From a virus (Duplodnaviria > Caudoviricetes), in IMG/VR virus record IMGVR_UViG_2627853766_000003: a stretch of 64,000 nt of DNA, one strand, 5' to 3'. Positions 57,856-64,000 of the stretch are shown here, one piece after another. Each line of letters opens with the position of its first letter. The first letter of the stretch is position 1. The position numbers were made by a program, and so were the translations under genes. The notes under the pieces are model-generated. The model did no database searches. It was not told where the DNA came from and saw only the letters and a program-made list of their open reading frames with translations.

Positions 57856-58331
57856 TCGGCCACGTGATCCCAGCTACCTACGCACACGCCTACAACATGG
57901 CGCCGCGGATGCGCACCGCCGAAGTCGCCGAGGTATGGGCGTCTGACCGGCGGTTGCCACTGGAGGCGCTGGTGCATGAGCTGGACAACAGCGCGCTGTC
58001 TTGGTCCTGGGTGATCGATGGACAGGTGGCATGCATGTTTGGTTTCGTCCTTCACAACCTGTTGGATTCGACTGCATACCCATGGTTTCTGACTTCCGAC
58101 CTGGTCGAGACACATTCACGCAGCTTCATCAGGGCTTGCAAATCTGGGCTGCCTGGTGTGCTGGCGCAGTACCCAGACCTGAAAGGAATGGTCGATGCCA
58201 GATATGTGCTGTCCATCCGCTGGCTTGAATGGCTTGGCTTTGTGGTAGGAGATCCAGTTGAGCGTGGACCTGACCACACGTTGTTCCGTCCTTTTTATAG
58301 TGAGAAAAAGCATGCAAGTGCAAGCGCCTAA
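57852..58331 (+). CDS. T7 gp13-like acetyltransferase-fold protein
   Basis: MR.AE..EVWA, CMFG, PW.L, VD.R...SIRWLEWLGF. Confidence 0.75.
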   Translation: MIGHVIPATYAHAYNMAPRMRTAEVAEVWASDRRLPLEALVHELDNSALSWSWVIDGQVACMFGFVLHNLLDSTAYPWFLTSDLVETHSRSFIRACKSGLPGVLAQYPDLKGMVDARYVLSIRWLEWLGFVVGDPVERGPDHTLFRPFYSEKKHASASA

Positions 58332-58755
58332 TCCGGACCTGATCGAGTACGTCAATCGGCTTGAGGCCGAGATGTGCCAGCTGCCACAGGTTAATTGCCC
58401 ACACTGGGATTATTTTGCACCAGGGCTTTACGCACGCCAGATGTTCATCAATAAAGGGGTAGCTTTGACCGGTGCCGTACATCGCACTGAGCATCTTTGC
58501 ATTATCTCTGGTGACATCAGTGTCACTGCTGACGAAGGTGTCAAGCGCATCACGCACCTGCAGAAGATCATCAGTTCCAAGCCTGGCACGAAGCGTGCCG
58601 GCTATGCGCACCTGGATACCTACTGGACAACGGTACACGCGACCACCGAGACAGACCTGGAAAAGCTGGTGCTGGAACTGGTCGAGGCCAGCAGCGCGGA
58701 ACTGCTCGGCGGCGCCGAAAACAAGCAATTGCTGCATAACCGCTTGAAAGGGTAA
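58312..58755 (+). CDS. Cupin-like phage protein
   Basis: FAPGLYARQM.I.KG..LTGAVH..EH, PGTKRAGYAH.DT.WTTVH. Confidence 0.75.
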   Translation: MQVQAPNPDLIEYVNRLEAEMCQLPQVNCPHWDYFAPGLYARQMFINKGVALTGAVHRTEHLCIISGDISVTADEGVKRITHLQKIISSKPGTKRAGYAHLDTYWTTVHATTETDLEKLVLELVEASSAELLGGAENKQLLHNRLKG

Positions 58756-58757
58756 TC

Positions 58758-59294
58758 ATGTCATTCGGATTTACAGCTGCTGAAATTGGGGTTGGCATTG
58801 CTGCAGTGGGTGCTGCTGTTAGCGTCTACAGCGCAGTCTCCACGGCGAACGCGCAGAAGGCTGCTGCCGACTATCAAGCACAGGTCAATCAGAACAATGA
58901 AAAGATCGCCGCTGATAATGCCAACATGGCTACCAGCCAAGGGAACCAGCAGCTGCAGGCAGAGCAAGAACAGGCCGCCCAGCAGCAAGGAATGATACGC
59001 GCTGTGATGGGGGCATCCGGCGTCGACATCAACAGCGGCAGCGCGTTGCGCACGCAGCAGGGCGTTGCGCAAGTCAATTCCCTGAACGAAGCAACCATCA
59101 CCAGCAATGCCGCACGCTCAGCCTGGAACTATACAAACCAGGGCGCAGACTATAGCGCCCAGAGCAATCTAGAAATCCTGAAAGGCGAGAATTCTCAGAC
59201 GGCCGGGTATCTGAGTGGCCTGTCGTCACTGATTGGTAGCGCTGGTCAGACATATAAGAACTACAACAACAATGCGCAAGTTGGAGCTACCTAA
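58758..59294 (+). CDS. Internal virion (ejection) protein, T7 gp14-like
   Basis: Hydrophobic N-terminus, Q/A-rich helices, GASGVDINSGSA. Confidence 0.8.
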   Translation: MSFGFTAAEIGVGIAAVGAAVSVYSAVSTANAQKAAADYQAQVNQNNEKIAADNANMATSQGNQQLQAEQEQAAQQQGMIRAVMGASGVDINSGSALRTQQGVAQVNSLNEATITSNAARSAWNYTNQGADYSAQSNLEILKGENSQTAGYLSGLSSLIGSAGQTYKNYNNNAQVGAT

Positions 59295-61585
59295 TGCCTA
59301 CCCTGCCAAATATTCAGACTTCGCAAAGTGTCTTCAGCTCAGGCGCTCTACAGTCGCAGCAGATCCAATCTGATCCCAATGACTTCGGCGCGCAGGTAGG
59401 GCAGGCCGCAGGTCAGTTGGGAACAGCAGTGCAAAATGCTGGCCAGACGGTCACGGATGTGGCGCAGAAATGGCAGGCGATCCAGAACGAAACGGATGTC
59501 AACCACACTTATGCCAATGATTACATGCCCGGCATGCGTGACCTGCAGCAGCAGTATTTGCAGCTGGGCGGCAAGGATGCGACGGACCAGTACCCGACCT
59601 ACCAGCAGAAAATGCAGGAGCTGCATGATACTGTCCGGACGAACCTGAATCCTGCTGCGCAGCGCATGTTTGACGACATATCCAACCGCACAAGCCAGAT
59701 GATGCTTGATGGGATGTCGCGCTACGCCGGCCAACAGAACGTGGTGTATCAGGATCAGACCAGCCGCGGCATGATCAACAACAGCGTGACGAAAGCCGTC
59801 ACCGCCTGGAATGACCCGATCGTCTTCGATGCCGCCAAGAACGAGATTGTCTCGGAGGATATGCAGCATGGCCAGTTCCGTGGCCAGCCTATCGAATACA
59901 TCAACGCCCAGATCCAGAAGGACTTGAGCACGGCCACCACCTCGCGCCTGCGTACCATGGCGAACACCGACCCAGTCGGCGCGTATGACTTGCTGAAGAA
60001 CGGCGAGAACTGGACTGATTCCAGCGGTGTCTCGCACCACAATAACATCGGCGCCATGGTCGACCCGACCGAATATGCCAGCATCGAGCACCAGCTGATG
60101 CAGGGTGCCAAGGAAGTGTCGGCCGACCGTACCGCCAGCAATGCCATCACGCCGCCGCCAGCCGGCGCCACGGCACCTGTCCCAGCGCTGCAAGCTGCGA
60201 TCATGAAGAACGAGAGCAACGGCAAAGATGTAGATGCCAGCGGCAATGTGCTGACGTCGCCAGCCGGTGCCCAGGGCAACATGCAGGTGATGCCATCCAC
60301 AAACCTGAACCCTGGGTACGGCGTCACGCCCGCACGCGACAACAGTGCCGCCGAACGTACCCGGGTGGGGAATGACTACGTTGGTGCCATGTCGGCGCGC
60401 TACGGCAACAATCCGGCTCTGGTAGCTGCTTCCTATAATGCCGGCCCCGGGATGGTTGACGACTGGCTGAACGGCACCAACAAGACCGGCAAGAATCCGA
60501 GCATGACCCAGCTGCCTGATCCGAGCAAGGGCCAGATCAGCAACGCCGACTTCATTGCCAAGATCCCATTTACTGAAACCAAGGCCTACGCTGGCAAGGT
60601 GCTGGCCAGTCTTCCAGCGCAGACCAACGGTCCGACCACGTTGCCAAATGCCCAGGATCTGGAAACATCGTTGCCAGACAAGGCCGCAGCTGCCAAGGTG
60701 CAGGCGCAGCAGCAATTCCCGAATGATCCCGCCTATGCCGAAAACGTCTACAACCGGGTGATGCAGAAGGGCAACCAGATCACGGCCGGCATCAAGGCCC
60801 AGCAGAGCGCTGCCACGCAGACGTTGTATAACGCCATCGCCGGTAGCAAGCCCGACGGCAGCGACAAGATCAGCTCGATGAATGACATTACGTCCAATCC
60901 TAACCTGAACAGCGCTTACCAGAACGCCACGCCAGAAGTTCGTCTGGCAGTGCAGAGCCGGCTGGCCAAGGGTGACCAGCAGTTCGACAGCACCAGTGCT
61001 GCCAGCTATTACCAGCTCAAGGGCATGGCAGCCAACGATCCGGCCAACTTTGCCAAGCTGGATTTAGGTGCCATGTACGGCACGATGCCGGACAGCGCTT
61101 GGAAGCAGCTAATTGACCTGCAGACCTCGACCAGCAAGAACGATGCTGCTCAGGCCAGCAAGAATCTGAACTGGGCGCGCACGAAGGGCGATGTCGAAGA
61201 CATGCTGAAGCCGCTGGGTCTTGGCACATCGGCCAAGCCGAACACCACCCAGGCCGACACCACCACGCAGTTCTACGGCAAGTTGAACGATGCGCTGGAG
61301 GATTACCACAACCAGAACCAGAAGTATCCAGACACGACCACCACCCGGAAGATCGCCGGAAGCCTGCTGGTGCAGGGTACGCAGCAGTCCGGTCACTGGT
61401 ATTCGATGGATAGCAAGATGCCAGCGTTCCAATCGCCAGACCTGACGCAGTTCTCAGTGCCGGTGCCGCAGGCACAGAAAGCGCAGCTTGCCCAATCGTT
61501 TCAGAAAGTCATGGGCAGGCCGGCCAGCGACCAGGAGCTACAACAGTGGTACACCAAATTCACGCTGGCCAACAAAGGTAAATGA
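59294..61585 (+). CDS. Internal virion protein with lytic transglycosylase (SLT) domain
   Basis: IMKNESNG, SPAGAQGNMQVMP, ASYNAGPG, IPFTETKAY. Confidence 0.88.
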   Translation: MPTLPNIQTSQSVFSSGALQSQQIQSDPNDFGAQVGQAAGQLGTAVQNAGQTVTDVAQKWQAIQNETDVNHTYANDYMPGMRDLQQQYLQLGGKDATDQYPTYQQKMQELHDTVRTNLNPAAQRMFDDISNRTSQMMLDGMSRYAGQQNVVYQDQTSRGMINNSVTKAVTAWNDPIVFDAAKNEIVSEDMQHGQFRGQPIEYINAQIQKDLSTATTSRLRTMANTDPVGAYDLLKNGENWTDSSGVSHHNNIGAMVDPTEYASIEHQLMQGAKEVSADRTASNAITPPPAGATAPVPALQAAIMKNESNGKDVDASGNVLTSPAGAQGNMQVMPSTNLNPGYGVTPARDNSAAERTRVGNDYVGAMSARYGNNPALVAASYNAGPGMVDDWLNGTNKTGKNPSMTQLPDPSKGQISNADFIAKIPFTETKAYAGKVLASLPAQTNGPTTLPNAQDLETSLPDKAAAAKVQAQQQFPNDPAYAENVYNRVMQKGNQITAGIKAQQSAATQTLYNAIAGSKPDGSDKISSMNDITSNPNLNSAYQNATPEVRLAVQSRLAKGDQQFDSTSAASYYQLKGMAANDPANFAKLDLGAMYGTMPDSAWKQLIDLQTSTSKNDAAQASKNLNWARTKGDVEDMLKPLGLGTSAKPNTTQADTTTQFYGKLNDALEDYHNQNQKYPDTTTTRKIAGSLLVQGTQQSGHWYSMDSKMPAFQSPDLTQFSVPVPQAQKAQLAQSFQKVMGRPASDQELQQWYTKFTLANKGK

Positions 61586-64000
61586 TGGCTGATACCGATT
61601 TCGAGTCGTTCCTGCAACAGTCGCAAGCACCAGCGCAACCAGGCGCTGCGCCCGCGGCCCCTGCTATTGCCGCTCCAGCGCCGGCTACCGCAGCGAAGGC
61701 CGACCCGTTCGAGTCCTTCCTGGCTAGCCAAAAGCAGCAGACTGATGCCCAGACGCTGCAGCAAGCGCAAGCGGTGGCCGTCACCAACAGCACCGCCAGC
61801 AGCGATACCGCCGCGCGCGCCGCCAAGATCGCGCCACAGGTCAATGCGCCGCAGGCCGCCATAGAGACGGATCTGCCGCGCTATGAAGCCCAGGCCAAGG
61901 CGCAAGACAATGCTGCGGTGATGGCGCAGAGCCCGCAAATGGCAAAGTGGGCTGTTGCCAATCCCGACGCCGCCAGGGTAGCGCAGGATGATCTGGGTAA
62001 GATGAGCACCATGGAAACGTTGCTGGGAGCAGCCTCAGATTCCGGCGCCAACTTTGTCAAGCAGTTGGGCAATTCCTTCAACAGCGCAGCCATGGGCATC
62101 AACCGCCTTGTCGGCTACACGATCACTGCCAGCGATATGGCGCAGGGCACGAACACGGCAGCATGGTGGAACCAGCACATGATCGCGCCGCTGGAGCAAG
62201 CACAACCAGCTTTCGCTGAAGCGCCCGGGCTGCCATTCGGCGCCAAGGCAGCCGGCGTCCTGGGTAACCTGACCGGCATGCTGTCGCAGATAACATTAAC
62301 TGGCGGTGGTGGTGCTGTTGCTGGTCCAGCTGCTGAGGCTGCAAGCGTGGCCGGCCGTGTAGGACAAGCAGTAGGCCATGGCGCCAAGGCAATGGCATTC
62401 CCGGCGCTGACCGCTGCCGTCAACACTGGCCATGACGTCTACGCCCAGACTGGCGACATAGGCAAAGCCATCGAAGCCAGCCAGATGCAGTATGCGACAT
62501 CGACCCTTGGCGGCATCGTGCCGCTGGGCATGGCCGGCAATCTTGCTGCGCGCGTAGCTTCCGGTTTCATATCGGGCGCCGCGACCGGCGAGGTATCGCG
62601 CCAAGCCATGAATCTTGTATTGCCACAGAAGCAGGAGTTTGACCCTGAGCAGATGTTGCTGTCTGGACTGAGCGGCGCCGTGCTGGGTGGCGCTATGGGG
62701 CCGCGCGCCGGCGATACCGGCATGCATGAGGCAGTGCGCCAGGTGTACCAAGATGCCGTGCAAGCCGAGACGGCAGAGCAGGGCGGCCAGAAGATGGAGC
62801 AGCTGGGCCAGCTCGCCGGCGGCATGAAGCTGCGCGAAGCAGACCCGGCCGCGTTCAAGCAGTTCGTCCAGCAGATCAGCGAGAACAGTTCCCTGCAGGA
62901 TGTCTATGTTGACGGCCGCACCTTTGCTGATGCGCTGCAACAATCAAAAGTAGACGTCAACGAGATGCCCGGCATGGCCGACCAGCTGGAAGAAGCGGCG
63001 CGTACCGGCGGTGATGTGCAGATCCCGGTATCCGATTACCTGACGCATATCGCCGGCACCGATCTGGAGCCGCAGCTGCTGCCAAACCTGAAGGCCGAGG
63101 CCGGCGGCGTCACTTATGCGGAAGGCCAGCAGTATTATGCAGATACTGCCAATGGCATGCAGGACAAGGCCAACGAGATCGTGGCCCAGAAGCAGACTAG
63201 CCTGGATACGCAGACCGACGTCAACAGCATCGGCGACAAGCTTTTCGAGCAGATGAAAGCGACGGGCCGTTTCCCCGACGACGTCAGCCGCGCCAGCGTG
63301 GTGCCGGTGCAAGAGTTCTACCGCACTATGGCTGATCGGATGGGCGTGAAGCCCAGCGAGCTGTATGAGCAATATCCGCTCACGATAAAGGGTGAGGATA
63401 TTGGTGGACAATCGCTCAGGCAGAGCGAGCCACCCGCCAGCCTAGACGACCTCACAAAGCAATTTTCGGATGCCGGGCTTAATGCCTCTATTTCCGAGAA
63501 GAACGGGATTATCACACTTTCTAAGATCATCGTCCCAGAGGGAGAGCGTGGAGAAGGGAAAGGTACAGCTGCGATGCAGGCGCTTGTCGATTATGCAGAT
63601 AGGACAGGCCAACACGTGACACTATCGCCGTCGGCTGATTTCGGTGGCAACAAAAAGCAGTTGACCGATTTCTACAAGCGATTTGGGTTCGTAGAGAATA
63701 AAGGGAAGAATCGCGCTTTTTCAACTTCGGAAAGCATGTATCGGGAAGCGCCAGGAAAGGTTCTACATCAGGCATCCCGCGGCGCCTTCGATCCAGACAC
63801 GAACACCGTGGCGCTGCTGAAGGACGCCGACTTGTCGACCTTCTTGCACGAAAGTTCACACTTCTACCTGTCTACCCTGGGCGATCTTGCCGGCCGCGAA
63901 GGCGCGCCGCAGGAGCTTAAGGACGACATGCACACCGCGCTGACGTGGATGGGCGGCAAGGATCTGACAGACTGGCAGGGGCGCACGTTGGAACAGCAAC
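61582..64000 (+). CDS. Large polyvalent internal virion protein with GNAT and HExxH domains (truncated by window end, not in ORF track)
   Basis: Frame starts MMADTDFESFL; ERGEGKGTAAM...FYKRFGF at ~63.5-63.7 kb; ADLSTFLHESSHFYL at ~63.83-63.87 kb. Confidence 0.85.
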   Translation, partial: MMADTDFESFLQQSQAPAQPGAAPAAPAIAAPAPATAAKADPFESFLASQKQQTDAQTLQQAQAVAVTNSTASSDTAARAAKIAPQVNAPQAAIETDLPRYEAQAKAQDNAAVMAQSPQMAKWAVANPDAARVAQDDLGKMSTMETLLGAASDSGANFVKQLGNSFNSAAMGINRLVGYTITASDMAQGTNTAAWWNQHMIAPLEQAQPAFAEAPGLPFGAKAAGVLGNLTGMLSQITLTGGGGAVAGPAAEAASVAGRVGQAVGHGAKAMAFPALTAAVNTGHDVYAQTGDIGKAIEASQMQYATSTLGGIVPLGMAGNLAARVASGFISGAATGEVSRQAMNLVLPQKQEFDPEQMLLSGLSGAVLGGAMGPRAGDTGMHEAVRQVYQDAVQAETAEQGGQKMEQLGQLAGGMKLREADPAAFKQFVQQISENSSLQDVYVDGRTFADALQQSKVDVNEMPGMADQLEEAARTGGDVQIPVSDYLTHIAGTDLEPQLLPNLKAEAGGVTYAEGQQYYADTANGMQDKANEIVAQKQTSLDTQTDVNSIGDKLFEQMKATGRFPDDVSRASVVPVQEFYRTMADRMGVKPSELYEQYPLTIKGEDIGGQSLRQSEPPASLDDLTKQFSDAGLNASISEKNGIITLSKIIVPEGERGEGKGTAAMQALVDYADRTGQHVTLSPSADFGGNKKQLTDFYKRFGFVENKGKNRAFSTSESMYREAPGKVLHQASRGAFDPDTNTVALLKDADLSTFLHESSHFYLSTLGDLAGREGAPQELKDDMHTALTWMGGKDLTDWQGRTLEQQ

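Larger units (their letters stand above)
29854..64000. mobile_element. Temperate podovirus prophage (lambdoid control region, BPP-1/T7-like virion module), continues past the window
   Basis: CI/Cro/CII switch, RecT/exonuclease, terminase, portal, capsid, tail tubular A/B and internal virion proteins. Integrase, tail fibre and lysis genes are not in the window. Confidence 0.95.

Noticed and set aside
43270-64000. Diversity-generating retroelement, as in BPP-1
   Set aside because: No RT, avd or TR/VR pair visible; the tail-fibre region lies beyond the window, so it cannot be assessed.
1-64000. CRISPR array or rRNA
   Set aside because: No regularly spaced direct repeats with unique spacers and no rRNA-like sequence seen.

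Overview
The window has three blocks. (1) 1-12.4 kb: a 3687-aa CdiA/filamentous-haemagglutinin two-partner-secretion exoprotein with a low-GC, membrane-active-looking C-terminal toxin, a 2-TM candidate immunity gene, a decayed orphan immunity-like stretch and a small HTH protein of a type I associate with Oxalobacteraceae (host assignment is inference). (2) ~12.5-29.85 kb: an accessory island that looks like two tandem phage-satellite-like modules. The left module has a structured ncRNA candidate, a tape-measure-like protein with a muralytic motif, a P1-type tail-tube-initiator-like protein, XRE/AlpA/PrtN regulators and no integrase or capsid genes. The right module has a 1149-aa defence-like cargo gene, replication genes, AlpA and a P4-type integrase next to a 17-bp tRNA(Leu-like) 3'-end att core at 29854-29870. 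(3) 29.9-64 kb: the left part of a temperate podovirus prophage with a lambdoid early region (xis-like, split C5-MTase, YqaJ/RecT, CI/Cro/CII with readable operators, replication, RusA) and a BPP-1/T7-like virion module, cut off inside a large polyvalent ejection protein. Top leads: a C-terminal [PA]xxx[VLM]YPx[LM] peptide shared by the scaffold and several small head-module proteins (candidate capsid-loading tag), a satellite carrying only tape-measure plus tube-initiator genes, a tRNA-like RNA with a 73-nt multi-hairpin domain replacing the anticodon arm, and a rod-shaped ncRNA at 13.2 kb. All family calls are from motif recognition and memory; no database searches were run.
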